Of a DNA stretch of 64,000 bases, positions 24,679 to 38,494 are shown piece after piece. This DNA comes from Eledone cirrhosa (taxonomy: Eukaryota): positions 190,402,001-190,466,000 of the forward strand of contig OZ024741.1 in assembly GCA_964016885.1 (NCBI GenBank), in the 5' to 3' direction. Both the position numbers and the translations under genes were made by a program. Position 1 is the first letter of the stretch. Each line of letters starts with the position of its first letter. Below the pieces are notes generated by a model that was given only the letters and a program-made list of their open reading frames with translations, had not been told where the DNA came from and did not search any database.

Positions 24679-26230
24679 AAGCAGATGTAAAACTGATGAT
24701 GATAATGACATTATCATTTTTATGTTGATTTTTCTATGCTGGCAGGGATGCAATGGGACTTTATAAGGCAATGCTTTACAGCCAAATGCCCTTGATACAA
24801 ACCCTTTTAGTTGCTTCTTATGTCATGTAGGGATATGGTGTGCCTATTCTAAACTGGACACATAAACAGTCTTATCACAAAATAAGATTAATAGAGGAGA
24901 GAAAAGATAACATTAACTTCTATAGAATTTGAATCAATAGAAACATGTTATATTGCTGCAGGTCAGCCCTGAGCTGCCAGACCTATGATCAAATATGTTC
25001 CAGCCATGACAATCCTGCTCTCTCTAGGACTACATTATCCAATGTGCTTCTCCTTTTTCAAGATAGGTGTGATTTTAGGGAGATTTGACTAGTTCAAGCA
25101 GGTTGATTAAACCCATAGAATCTCTCCTCTTAACACATTCTTGTTCTTTGGTCATCGACAAAAAAAAACAAAACAAAAAAAAAACAGCCTTATATTTCGA
25201 AGAATCATTCTTGTGAAGGGAGGAGAGAGGTTGTGAGTTTTAACATTTTTGGATTTTTAATGTATTTTTCTTTTTCTATTTTCTTCATTTCCTGTCACCT
25301 GCACCCGTTTCATATATTATTTCTAAACTCCTAAAAACATTCCAAATAAATAAAAGATATTTTACAAATTTCTTTGAAACCATGTTGTCTTTGGGTATTT
25401 TAAAATTTCAAATGTGTGCTGACCTAAGATCAAAGATTTATTTTTTTAGTTTTGTATATCTTGGAATATATCTAATATTTTTTACTATTTTAAAGATAGT
25501 GTTATTAAAAGGTTTGGTTGAGACTTTTAGCAGGCCATAGTAGTATGATTTCAAATGGTTTTTTTTTCCTTTCAGGTTCAAATATATTTTTCTGTTTATT
25601 TGTTATCACAATTAAGCATGGCAGTATACTGTGATAATAGTTTTGTACCAATGACAGTATAGTAACTTTAGTAAGTGTAGAGATGTCAGTAGTAAGAAAG
25701 ACAATGTAGAGAACCTGCAATTGGGTTTGAAATCATTTCCACCCCCAAACAATTTCTTTTTGAGGTGCAACTCTATCAGATGATAAACTAGAAAATTTTC
25801 TGCTGATACTAATTTCTAATTATAGCACTTGGTTAGCTGCAGTTCCTATGGATGCAAACAGTTTCCCCATTAACTGTTTTTGTTCAATATTTCAAATAAA
25901 ATCACTGGATGTGAATTAAGAAATTATTTGTCACATAACAGTTCTAATATGAGATTGTGCTGGAAGGTTTTAATTTAAATAAGCCTTAATGGGTAGTTGG
26001 GGGCGGGGGTGTACCATTGGTGCCATGATAAAATACACCCAGTAGAGTACAAGAATATATGTAAGCAAGATGTAGTCTTGGTCCAGTAGTTCTGTTTGAG
26101 TACTGATCCAATTGGTGAAAACACATCGAACCCTTATTAGCAAGGAAGACAGGCATTAAATGATGAGGATGTGTATATATATATAAAGATGAGAAGACAG
26201 AAGTAAGATTAAGTTGAGGAGATATTTCAC

Positions 26231-26236
26231 TTTATT
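26231..26236 (-). promoter_or_regulatory. Candidate poly(A) signal for NCKAP1 (would give a 3' UTR of about 2.4 kb)
   Basis: AATAAA on the minus strand after a U-rich stretch; AATAAA is common in this AT-rich DNA, so support is weak. Confidence 0.2.
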
Positions 26237-27166
26237 TAAAAAATAAATAACAGAAATCAAGGAAAAATTTTGAAGAAAAACAAAAAAAACATGCAAAAAC
26301 CAAACAAAAATTAAAAGAAGAAACATGTCAGGGAAACAAATTATTAGTTATAAACTTTTAAACTAACTTTATTTCACCTCATTATTATTATTATTATTAT
26401 TATCATTATTATTGTTAGTTTTCTATTTGTTTAAAGAAATTAATATTTGATTATATATACCTAGGTGTAAAAGTAGAGTGACTTAAACATGGACACACAC
26501 ACACACACACACACACATATTTTTACATGTTCAAAGTTATATATATTTATATACACACACTAGCGTGTGTGTGTGTATTTACACAATCTTTGCAGCACAC
26601 AACTGTACTGTGTAGTCATGTAAGTCATAGAAAATACACACAAACACACACTAGATAATTTATACAAAGGTTTTTGATGTAGATAATGATAATAATAATA
26701 AATAAGGATTTCTAAGTTAGGCAGAAGGCCAGAAAACAGGAGTAGGGCGGGGGTGGGGGTGGGGTGTAGTCAATTATGTCAACCCTGGTACATGATTGCT
26801 CTATATTTTGTTGACCCTAGAAGGGTATTAGACGAAGCCTACACTGGTGGGATTTGAACTCAGAATGTAAAGTAACATAACTAAATACTGCAAGGCATTA
26901 AGTTTAATGCTCTGAGTCTGCCATCCACCACCCATATAATAATAATGATGATATCTAAGACAGAAATTATAAAGGGAGAGTGCGGAGTTGGTTAAATCAG
27001 TTCCTAGTATATTACTGGTAATTTATTGTATTGTTATCAATCCCAGAAAGGCAAACTCAGCTCCAGCAGGATTTGAACTCAGAGCGTCAAGAGGTGTATT
27101 TAAATAGTGCAAAGCATTTAACCCAGTCTACTGGTTCTGCTGTCCATCATCCTCATTAATAATAAT

Positions 27167-27350
27167 TGTTTCTACTTTTTGGCACAAGGCCAGCAATTAT
27201 CCCAGTGTATTACTGGTACTTTATTTTATCGACCCCGTAAGGATGAAAGGCAAAGTTAACCTTGGCGGGATTTGAACTCGGATCATAAAGGGCCGTAACT
27301 CTATGCTGCAAAGCATGGTGTCTGACCCTCTACTGATACTGCCAACACAC
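27167..27350 (-). mobile_element. Meta-like tRNA SINE with target site duplication cctcattaataataat
   Basis: Same family as 20800; duplication at 27151 and 27351; older copies at 26710-27150. Confidence 0.85.
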
Positions 27351-27894
27351 CCTCATTAATAATAATAATAATAATAATTCCTAACATAATCACAATGCCA
27401 GAAATTTGGGGTAACAGGATGGAGGACACAGTTGATTAATAATAATAATAATAATAATTCTGTTACCAAAGTAATTTAAGAAAGACAGAAAGAAAGATTT
27501 AAAATATTTAACTTGGTGAGAATGATAAAAAATATATAAAATATTAATTATAAGAATTATAATTTTAGACAAAAATTATTTTGGGTAAGTATAATAATAA
27601 CAATATTTGCCAATAATGATAGAAAAACAGGGGGAGGGGGTCCGTTCCAACATAGAGGGGGTATCTGATTTCTCCATTACATTCAGCTTTTAATAACTGT
27701 GTTTAGAGCAAAATATGGGAATAAGAGATTCTGAGAGAGAGAGAGAGAGAAGTGGGAAGGTATATATGTGATATATGTGTGTGTGTGTATATATATATAT
27801 ATTTATAATACACACACATATATATATATACACACATACATATTTACTCTACAATACATATAGAGTACTCTATTTTCTTTGTAATACTACTTCC

Positions 27895-27926
<32 letters not shown>

Positions 27927-28133
27927 ATGTTACAATTTGTCAATGAAAGAGGAAAAGAGTACTCAATACATGGTATATATAGTTGATTGTTGATTTATAC
28001 TAAATTCCTTTTCTCAAATCTTGACTTCCACACCATGACCATCAGTTGTTGCTCAACAATCACAGTGGTGTGGAACTGAATACATTAGAAAAACAATTCA
28101 GTTTAAATGGTCAACACACACTCACACATGCAT

Positions 28134-28166
<33 letters not shown>

Positions 28167-28629
28167 AAGAGAGAGAGAGGGAAAGTGAGATTCTGAGAGA
28201 GATTTAGACAGACAAACACAGAGAGAGAAAGAGAAGCAAAAAGAGGACAATCAATAATCACAAAGCAGGGATGATGATGATGGTGATGTCGATAACTATG
28301 ATGGTGAAGTGAAAGGTTGGATAGGGAAGAGAGAGAGAGATGGTGCAAGACCATATACTGTAGCTTGTTGTAAGGGGCTTTAAGTGTTGATGAACAGCAG
28401 CAGCAGAACATCAATCTATTCTGCTACCCCCCTGCTAAACCTCAACTGTACAGGAGGAGGAGGTAGGTGGAGGTGTGAAGAGGAAAGTGAGAGAGACAAA
28501 GAGAAGCATGACTTGTGGTCGTACCCTCCAATTCCACCCCTAGATAAAAGAAAGTGAAGCTTGGCCATGGCTTATGTGTTGAGGATAGACAGGGAGGGAG
28601 GGGCTGAGGTTATAATTGGTGGTGATCTC

Positions 28630-28743
28630 TCAATGGTCAGCAGCCGACAGTTTGTAGACAGAATGGTAGGCATTGCGGAGAAGAGCATATGGGAAGCAAG
28701 ACTCCAGTAGATCCATTGTCAGGAAAGGAGATTCTTGAACAAT
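28630..28743 (-). CDS. NCKAP1: NCKAP1/Hem last coding exon ([37 protein letters not shown])
   Basis: ttttcag| acceptor, TGA stop at 28632-28630; near-identical to the recalled NCKAP1 C-terminus [27 protein letters not shown]. Confidence 0.96.
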   Translation of the reverse strand: MVQESPFLTMDLLESCFPYALLRNAYHSVYKLSAADH

Positions 28744-30071
28744 CTGAAAAGTAAAACAAAATAAAAGATGATGCAGTCATAACTATATCAATAACTGTTT
28801 CTAACATGCAACATGGCCAGAAATTTAGGCTTAAATCTATGTATCTATGTGGATTCATACATATATATAACTGACTACAGCCATCACACACAATCTAGTA
28901 TGACTTAGTAGTATGTACCATGCTTTTGGTAAGGCTTTTAGGTGCCAATGTAGTTGCAAGTAGACAGAGGCACTCACTCAACCCGCCCTCCAGCAGAATG
29001 TCTAGGTATGACAGCTGGAAGGATTGCACCTGCATGGAGCTGGTAATATCTTTATTGATCCACAAAGGGATGAAAGCCAAAGTAGATGTTGGCTGGATTT
29101 AAACTCAGAATGCAGAGTCTCAGAACAAATATCTGAAACTGTAATGATTTCAAAATCAACCAGCTTACACACACACACACACACACACACATATTATAAG
29201 CAGTTATTTTTCTACATTGGTGTTGATACTAATGCTTCACAATAACCTTACTATTTGTAGCACTCCCATTCAGTTGGAGGATTTGAACTTAGAAGAGAAA
29301 GGACCATAACAGGTACTCAAATGCTTTAACAATTCCACCAATCCAATGACCTGGACTGATACTTATTTGTCAGCCCCGTAATGATGAAAGACCAAGTTGA
29401 CTTCAGCATGATATGAACTAATTGATCAGAGAGTTGAAACAAAAGAAACTAATATATTGTTATTGTAATGTGTTGTTCTCTGAGGCTCTCACATATATAT
29501 AACTGAGAAGTCAGAAGCTCCACTTGAGTATCAGTCAATCGTGACCTGTCCAACTGTTGCTAGCAGAGAAAACGAACATTAAACAATGATGATGTTATAT
29601 ATATTTTCCTCTGCATATTGTTTGGATTGCTTTGAACACTGATCATCAATTTTGATATCTGATCAGTGGATATGTACATAGAACTAGACTGGTTCTGAAC
29701 TAAGAATCATTATTTCTAACCTGGTAGGTACCATGTACTTATTCAGAATTAATTTACCTGATGTTGAATGATGATCAAACTGTTTGAAATGTGGTATAGA
29801 TGTAAACATTACAATTATAAACTCTAAAGGTGTTTCTACACAGAGTTTAGAAATAAAGATTCTTAGTTCAAATCTCGTCCGATACCATATAGATATCTAG
29901 CAATAGAGTTAGCATACATTCTAAAGATAAGGTTAATAATATAATTTCAATAATTATATTTCTTAATAAGATATCGAAAAACTGTTATGCTACACAGCAA
30001 AGAGAATCATCTTCATAGATAAAAGAAAACAAAGCCACACTGAAAAAATTAAACAAAAAAGAAATTTTGAC

Positions 30072-30161
30072 CTGGTCAAGTAGAAGATAGACTGAATCTC
30101 GGTTTTTGATAGCTTCTTTGTCAGTTTCTTGGCCAAGCCGTAACATTGAGGAAGATGCAAG
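30072..30161 (-). CDS. NCKAP1: NCKAP1/Hem penultimate coding exon ([30 protein letters not shown])
   Basis: tctgcag| acceptor, |gtcaaa donor, 90 nt (phase 0 to 0); resembles human [29 protein letters not shown]. Confidence 0.95.
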
Positions 30162-30549
30162 CTGCAGATAAAAATGCAAACATTTTAAAATTTCAACACA
30201 TGCAGAGAATTGAGTTATGGTCAACAACACAAGATCAGTCTGTGATATGGAAAATAATACATTAACTGGAAAAGTCCTGGCATTCAAGGTTTTGATGATT
30301 GTTATTTGACATGCTGCATTGCCAAGCAATGTCCATTTTTTGGTCCCTTGCCAGTTTGAGGTGTCTATAACACATAGAAGCATCCTTTATAGTTCAAACT
30401 AGCTGGCCCCGTGCTGTCAAAAATGACAGCTAATTGTAGTATTTTATATATGAAAAGGGTACAGAACCAAGTTTTTAGTTTAATAATTCTTTTATTACAA
30501 ATTTTTTTGTGAAAAATCTATCTGCTACTAACTGCTTGACTGTTTGTTT

Positions 30550-33500
30550 CCTTCTAAAGAATTTTAAAGTTTTCCTTCATTCTCATACGACTTAAGGCCA
30601 CATAAAGCTGGCATTGACTAAATACGAGAGCTGGCAAGTAATTACTAACTTTTTTGAAGCTCTGTCCTTGCAATTTGTTTATTGTCATGGCAAAAGCTGG
30701 TATCACAAGGAACTGCCGTCTGCTCATATTGAAGGGTAGATCTGTTTCACTCGGATGTAGGTCAACTCATGGTATTTTTGCATGAGTATAAAATTCATTA
30801 GAAGATAAAACCAAAAATCGAGTACCATTCAGCAAACCATTAGTAGGATCCAAATTTCTCAACAAAATCACAATGGAATTTTTCTTCAGTGTTAGATTGT
30901 ATAGGGGTAATCCTGGCAGCATTAGAGAATTCAAAATCTCTTCTGGATAATTCATGATATTCTCATCACTTTCGTCAACCAACACATCAACACTTTGATA
31001 TATCTGTAAGTCTCCACCCAGAAGTGATAATATCTTGGTATTCAGTTCGATTGAATCTTTGTTTTTTGGTGTTAAAATAATTTGTTGAAATTTAATCAAT
31101 ATCGCCGATACTTACAACAGAAATGTCATTGTCAAATACATCTCTTATCAAATTTCCAGATGAAATCATGGTTTCAGGTATATCTATTAGATCTTCATCT
31201 AAGCCCACATCATTAGTGACTGTTCCATTTCCTATTCTAAGAAGCCATGCGTTAAATTCTTCTTGTCTATTTATTCGCATATTCTCAGATAAGGTAAAAT
31301 TTGTCACATCTGTCCACAGAGGAGAATATTTGATTCAATTATAGCAGTATTTGAACCTCTCGGAATAACCGGTGCAGTTTGCCTAAAGTCCCTCCAAAAA
31401 AGAGAACTTTACTGCCGAAAGGGTGGGGGTAGACAGTAGAGACTAACTTGAAGTTCTGCTTTTTACCAAAGCTTTGAAGACAAACTATTTGAAATGGTTC
31501 TTAGAATCAAAATACTTCATATTATTTCCTTTAGCAGTAGATCAATGCATTTCCTGAAAGCATTTCTGCCTCATCAATTATTATTTTATTTTTCAGAGCG
31601 CTGTGATGGAATCTTCATTAGTGATGTAGAATTTTCCAAGATAGGGATAGGGAGTTTAAAGCCACTGTGTACAGTTCTTTCTTGGTGCAATAGATCAGCT
31701 ACAATGCTTGCTGTAGCAAATGAGAGAACACGCTTTCCTTAACAACTCAAATGCAATGTCAAGGTATTGTAGAGGTACGATCTAAGAAGAAAATTCTGCT
31801 GGATTGGTGTTCTTCATCAACGGCTGTGACAATTTGATCAAACACACGATGCTGATTGTCTGTGAAAGAGGTAATTTGTGTTTCCCCTCTAAGGCCGTCC
31901 TGATTTTGTTCTACAGTCTAGGCATTCATCAAAGGCATATCAACAATCGCAAGATGCAATTCTTGGCTTGTCAAACTTTGCAAGGACAATGTTGTTTCAA
32001 TTTCTCGTAAAGTCAGTTGTACTGAGATTTTTCTAGTGTGATGTCTAAGGATGTTTTCAGTCAAACTTTCTTCAAACTGGTTGAACAGGATGTCAGGATT
32101 GAGTGGATTATTGAAAGTGCAAATGAGTGCAAACAGCTATCGGAGCTGTTTTGGCATATTTGTCGAAGAAGCCTTTTCTAAGAATCTTCTCCACTCCTTG
32201 TCATTTTGAACCAACTGCCGGCGCTCTGCTGCTTCTTTATAGCTGGCGCTCTGCTGCTTCTTTATAGCTGCCACATATGACTTCATCCACGGTTTTCAGT
32301 TCTTCGAAACTTCAAGCTCCTTTAAGGTGCAGCAACAAAAGTCTCATGTAAAATCTTTCCTGCTATTTGGGGTTGACAGAATACATTCGACTCATGATTT
32401 TGTCAGCTCCACATTGTCTGAGAGTCCACTGCGTCGTTTTCATTGTAGACATGATGATAAGGAATGTCTACATATAGATATTGTCTTGCATTTTCATCAT
32501 TTTGGTTGAGCAAGAACCTTGCTGCTAGAGGAGTGTTGCGTTGCGCAGCTCTTTCTAGCGCTATCTTTCTTTTCCCTCGTCAAAATAGACGGGCTGTTCC
32601 TGCTGGAGATGAACAGGAAGGTGAATAATTGCGTGGGATTTGTCATGCATTTTGAATTGAAGCAATCTCCACATTACTTTTGGTGCACTCACATGTCTGG
32701 CATCTAGAAAAAATTCTTATTTCATCATGAATTATGACATTGCTGTCAGTTGCTTTGCTGATGCCTACAGTTATGGAATCCTAGCCTTTGTATATATATT
32801 TATACACATATTTCACAGAGCGGATGAAGGCGTAAATTTCTACATTGACGTGGCAGTTGTATTTGTGACTTAGTTATTTGTTATAAGGTACAACATATTG
32901 GTTGTCCACTACTTTCTCACCAATGTTTAATGTTGAACCCAGACATCTTCTGTAGGATGGGTAACTATCTCGGTTTTTAAAGGGTTCCTGTTGAAACTGT
33001 TTGAGAATGCCTTTTGAGCAGTTGTTATTTTCCATGCAAGCGACGTTAGGGTTTTCTTCACCACAAGGACCGTGAATCATAAATTTCTAAACAATTTCAT
33101 AGAGTACTGGTTCTGTCTCTGGGTCAGGAATTTCAGCACACACAATTTTGTCAATTCTTTCAGTTGAATTTGGTTTATCTTCTGGATCATCATTCATCAT
33201 TTCATTTTTACGTCCGCTCTTCCCTGCTTGCAAGGGTGAGACGGGAACTGATTCTGGCTTGATTTCTACAGCTGGATGCCCTTCCTAACACCAACCTCAT
33301 TTACAGTGAGTGCTGGGTGCTTTTTTTCCGTGGCGCCTACACGTCCACTTTACAGTGGAATGATATGGACCCCAGTCCCTATCATCTCATTTCTACAGCT
33401 GAGTAAACTGGAGCAATGTGAAATAAAGTGTCTTGCTCAAGGAAACAACACATCACCCAGTCTGAGAATTGAACTCACAACCTTTCGATTGCAAGGCCAA

Positions 33501-35270
33501 TGCTCTAACCACTAAGCCATGTGCCTCCAGCAGGATGAAATATCAATAATAAATAGGCGTGTGGCAGTCCGTTCTTCTAAAATTCTATGGTGTAACAATG
33601 CGTGACAACTTGGTCAATCATGTCTTTTTGTTACATCAATTATTAGTTCCTGCAACGTAATATTGAACACCTGAGCCACTAAATCTGGTCTACTGGAGGC
33701 TGTTGACCTGGAAAAAGGTTGTTTTGTATCTTGGGCCAATTAGGGTTGCATGTCATCGTAAGAAATATATCAGGTGGACCAAATCTTCTCACAATTGCTA
33801 ATGCATCTTGGTATCGCTCTCTCATATTTCTTGCTGATCCTTGGAATGATGATAGAAGAATGGCTGTCCATCCGATTCAAGCATCTTCAGTATTTGCTGC
33901 ATTGGCTAAATAGTCAGCAAGTCCTTGATATTGTTCCACTTTCAGCTTGTTTTGTTGTGTTCGTATATAATTTAAATTGTTAACTTCAATTTGTAAGTGA
34001 GAATCTACAACCCACTGTTGAAAAAGTTTTCCTCCATGCAAAAGGAAATTGAATTCATTATCCCTTACAGCAGTTCAAGATAGTTTATGTTGAAGCATTG
34101 AAATGTTTTGTCGTTGTTAATCATCACGATTTCCAGTCATGTTTAGTTGCCATCCTGATTCACCGTGCGGGAAAAACAATACGTGCGTCATTGGATCAAG
34201 ATGTTGAGATTTATAGTAGGAACCTCAGAGTTCCTTGGATATACTTTAAAATCTCTATGAAATGGTGGTTCACCTTCTTCGTTTCTGAATACAATAGTAA
34301 ATTGGATCTCCTTCTGCCGGTATTATGATTGCTGTTGAATACTAAGTTGACACTTAGCATATCAATGTTTCTTTCTTGAGCACGCTGTTGTAGTACTTCA
34401 ATTTCACGAAGTGTTTGAAAAGACTGAACATACACATTATCTCTACAAATAATAGTATCCAAATTTTCGAGCACTTCTTGGAGGCAGCCTGAATTGGTGT
34501 GATTCTGAGCTCTTATTTCTGTTGCTTGAGCACTGTCTACAACATAAAGCTGAGCATATTATCTTCGTTTGCCTTCATTTGGATAAATATGTGAAGTTCT
34601 GTGGTAAATTTGTCCATGTACTTGGAAATAAAATGGGCCGTTTTCTGGTGGATTCTGCACTTAAGCACCGACCAAAGTGAATGATAGTGATGAACTATAT
34701 GACCGAATGTTTTCTTTGAAATTCCTATAATGAGGATGATTTTGATCAGATAACAATGAAACTAAATATGGTGGAAATTCTCTTCTGATAGGACGTAAAA
34801 TTTTGCCTTTGTGACAACAATTATTAAAACGTCCATGTGATGGTTACTCTGCAGAAAAATGTTTTCCGGAGCAAAACTGACAATTGGAGTCCATATTTCC
34901 AGTTATGAATGTGAATGCTGTTTTCTGAATATGTGTCATTATTAGATGTAAAACCTGCATCATTTAGACGGGCAGCTCTCATTCCATTGATATTCCTTTG
35001 CCGTCTTTGAATAGTCTCTTTTATTTCGTTTGCAAAACTCTTTCTCTATGATATTCTCTTGCATTAGTTTAAAAATCAGTTTCATTTCCATGGCGATGTG
35101 CTTGTCAAATTCTGTCTTGGTTTCTGATGGCAGCAGATCTATCAACTGAGCGGCTTGCTCTCTATTCCTCTGTCTTTCTCTCGCTATACGACGTTTCCTT
35201 TCAATTAAGCTCTCTATTACTAAAACCAACCTAAACTCGTACGACTTAAAGCCACAAAAAGCAGGCAATG
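30550..35270 (-). pseudogene. Helitron Rep (HUH endonuclease)/PIF1 helicase pseudogene
   Basis: CCHKGKI, VHGQIYH, FGPPDIFLTMTCNPNW, IEF*KNGLPHAY, MIHGPCG, YVVPYN, LSENMR, WLLRIGNG, LLRNLD..GLLNGTR, AFAMTINKLQGQS, QLYVALSR; many stops and frameshifts. Confidence 0.92.
33188..33528 (-). mobile_element. CORE-type tRNA SINE with RTE-like 3' tail, inserted in the Helitron
   Basis: ggcttagtggttagagc head, cttgagcaagacactttattt core, aggaagggcatccagc and (GAT)n tail shared with the RTE LINE. Confidence 0.85.
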
Positions 35271-36718
35271 GCTTATGGCTGATGTTGTAAAAACTCCCTA
35301 TTCAAAATTTATTACATACATTCTTAATATAAATAAATTAGGCACATGTATGAACTGTTAAATTAAAGGTAGATGTGTATTTGTATATACCTTTCAACTG
35401 CGGTCGTTTTATATTCTTGATACACTCAGATAATAATTATTTTCTCTGAGTGTGTATATGTATATGTTTATGTAGATGTGTGTGATTGTAATAATTATTT
35501 TTAACAAAACATAGAATATGGATGGTAATTCAAGTTAATACACTTCCCAATGTTATCTAAAGGTATTTTGAGATATGACATCCATCATTCTATTTGCTTT
35601 TAATTTTAGTTACTGAAAGAAGGCTGGTTACTTTATGGATATGTAGTTACTGAAAGACACATCTACACAAACATACATAAACAGACTCATTAGAGAAAAT
35701 AATTATTACATGCACACACATAATATGTGTGTGAGTATGTGTATCTGTGTGTGTGCATATGTATACATTTATATGTCTGAGTAACACAGGTGTAGCGAAT
35801 GCTGTTCACTATTTTCCATACGTTGTCACAGCCCCCTTCCTTCACGTAGATGTGTGTGTATGTAATAATTAACTTTCTAAGTGTGTCTGTTTATATATAT
35901 ATGTATGTGTAAATACGTGTGTGTCTATAATTCTATTGTTTATGTATCTTTCTAAATAAACATACACAAACACACATAATCTTAACAACCAATGTGTGTA
36001 GCCAATTTGCTATACATATCACACACAGATGCCGTTTGTCATCATCCCTTCCTTCGTCAGTCATCTCTTGATGGACAAAAACACAAGGGTATTATATATT
36101 AGCAGATGATGGTCATGCAGGAGTTGCAAGCCATTTGGCTACATGTGGATGACTTAGACATATCCTTTTACATCTCACTCAACCAAAACTCAATGCTTTA
36201 AGAGGACAGTTTTAGTTGTTCACCTAGCTGTATCTCATGCTTCAAGGGTAAAGCACACGTACTGCCAGGAAATATTACTACAAAACTGGTGGAGCTCCAA
36301 CAAATGAAGGTGATTTGAAGAGGCATAGGGTCTGGGGAGGTGCATTATGTAGTATAAGGATATGTGGTGGGTGGTTGTTATAATGCAGTGGCTGAATGAC
36401 CCAACAAAAACAGACGATGGTTTGGTAATGGTTTGATTTGGAGACGAGAAAGAGATGAAGGGTGTTGGTCAAAGGTGCATGTCATAATTATCATCCTTTC
36501 ATGTCTGTTTTCCATGCTGGTTGTTACAATGTTATTGCCCTTTTAGATATGTTGGGACTCATGTCATGCCTAGGATGAAACTAATGGTATCTTAATATAT
36601 GAAAGACCACAAACATATATGTAAACATGTAATACATGCATGTATGTATATTCATTACATGAAGAAGAAAAACAAAGATTTCTCATTTGCATAACAACTG
36701 AAAGAAGTAACTGCTTAC

Positions 36719-36831
36719 AGCCAAAAACTCTTTTAATCGTTCCTCCAAGTCTCCAGGACCATAAATGGTAAACATGGCACCAGCAAGAGCGTTGATGGCT
36801 TTGGCAAGACAATGGCTATTATTGAGGTGTC
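36719..36831 (-). CDS. NCKAP1: NCKAP1/Hem internal exon ([37 protein letters not shown])
   Basis: taacag| acceptor, |gtaagc donor, 113 nt (phase 1 to 0); resembles human [22 protein letters not shown]...EDRLKEFLA. Confidence 0.95.
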
Positions 36832-37826
36832 CTGTTAAACAAAAAAAATAGATTATTTCTACAATGGTGTAATTGAAGCAATTTCTAGCATCATTAGGTT
36901 TGCATTTTGTTCAGAATCACAATAACAATATTTCAATATCTAGCAGTATTTAATGGTTTTACACTATCTCTGAGTAGAATGTCAACACTGGCACATGACT
37001 GAGCTGTGCCTTCATTTGACATCTTTCACATAAAAGTCAATAGACAATATCATTAACAATTATTATTATTATCATTTACTGTTTAGTCAGAGAGGAAGAG
37101 CAGTGTCCATAGCTTTAGGGTCTCCAAGACTGGTAGGAGAAAGGTATGAAAGTATCCTGAAATTGGAGACCAAGCTTGAATTATTGCAACAAGGTATGGT
37201 ATGGTTCTGTAACCCCTGATGGAGTCGTAGGGGCACCATGTTGGCATACAGCATTTCTTGGATATTTTAAGCCCGGTGGAGTCAATCCCTCTTCAGGCCT
37301 GAACACAGTAGACTTCTTCCAGAGAAAGATAGAAAGTGAGAGAGAGAGTGAAATGAGAAAAAGATATAGAGGAAGAATCGATCCCCCAGTACTAGACTGG
37401 TGTTTTTTTATTAACCTCAAAAATCTGAAAGGCAAAGTTGTGGACAACAGAGTGAACCTTGTTAAAAACACCCAAACACTGGGTGATGGTGTTAAATAGG
37501 ATAATGGATTAAGTCTATCAGAATGCAAAGTGCTGGAGCAAATACTGCAAGGCATCTTGTCTGTTAATCCACTGTCCATGCCTGGTACTTTATTTTATTA
37601 ATCATGAAACAATGAAAGGTAAAGTCAAACTCAGTGGGATTTGAACTCAGAACTCAGAATGCAGAGAGTCAGAACAAATGCTGCAAATATGTTTGTCTTA
37701 TGCTCTAATGATGGCCAATTTGCCACCACCACCATGATCACCATCAACAGAGTACCATATCCACTAAAAACAAATTAGGCAACTGACAAAAAAAATATAA
37801 GAACAACATTCTACTGGTCAACATAC

Positions 37827-37937
37827 CTTCTAGTGAGGCTTTGAAAAAAGAGGTTTCTGATTTGGCAAGCTTGGGGAGTGAAACTGCAACAAACACCATC
37901 AGAAGACAGGCTATGGTGTAAGCATCATCTGCAAATT
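37827..37937 (-). CDS. NCKAP1: NCKAP1/Hem internal exon (EFADDAYTIACLLMVFVAVSLPKLAKSETSFFKASLEG)
   Basis: tgccag| acceptor, |gtatgt donor, 111 nt (phase 1 to 1); contains IACLLMVFVAVSLP as in NCKAP1. Confidence 0.95.
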
Positions 37938-38409
37938 CTGGCAGAAAGGAAAGAAACAGAAAGAAAATAAACAAAATGTGAATAGACAGGTTCAAGAAGA
38001 TAGAGATGTGTGTGTATGTAGAACAGGCACATTCATTATGTCATTAAAAATTTACCCACAAGGCTTTGGTTGAACCTAGGCTGTGACAGAAGACACTTGC
38101 TCAAAGTACCATGCAGTGGGATTGAATTTGAAACTCTGTAACTGCAAAGCAAATTTCTTAACCACACAACCATGTTTGTCTCCAGATATATTTGTGTTAA
38201 TGTATTTAATATCAGGAACATTAAAAATTAAATAAGAAAAAATATATGCCAGAAAAAAACAACAAAAAACAATCCATCGTTTCAGGAATTATGGGAGACA
38301 ACTTCAGACATATTTCAATCTTAGACTTTGTCAGTAAAACATACAGATCATCATACTTCTCAATAATCTATTTAAAACATCAGGGTGGTTTGATGTTCAA
38401 TATACATAC

Positions 38410-38494
38410 CACTTTTCTGAGCTCGTAAAGCAGCACAGAGTGTAGGATCAACTGGACAATAGAGACCAGAGGCAGCTGCCATATCACTAACAAT
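38410..38494 (-). CDS. NCKAP1: NCKAP1/Hem internal exon (IVSDMAAASGLYCPVDPTLCAALRAQKS)
   Basis: ttctgcag| acceptor, |gtatgt donor, 85 nt (phase 0 to 1); resembles human [25 protein letters not shown]. Confidence 0.92.

Larger units (their letters stand above)
30399..36106 (-). mobile_element. Helitron with both termini, decayed RepHel, in an NCKAP1 intron
   Basis: 5' A|TCtgctaatatataata at 36106; 3' hairpin gctgtca-N4-tgacagc (30413-30430) then CTAG|T at 30399; Rep and PIF1 helicase remnants inside. Confidence 0.92.

Noticed and set aside
29985-30383. 132-aa ORF as a standalone gene
   Set aside because: Only 30072-30161 matches NCKAP1; the rest is intron read-through
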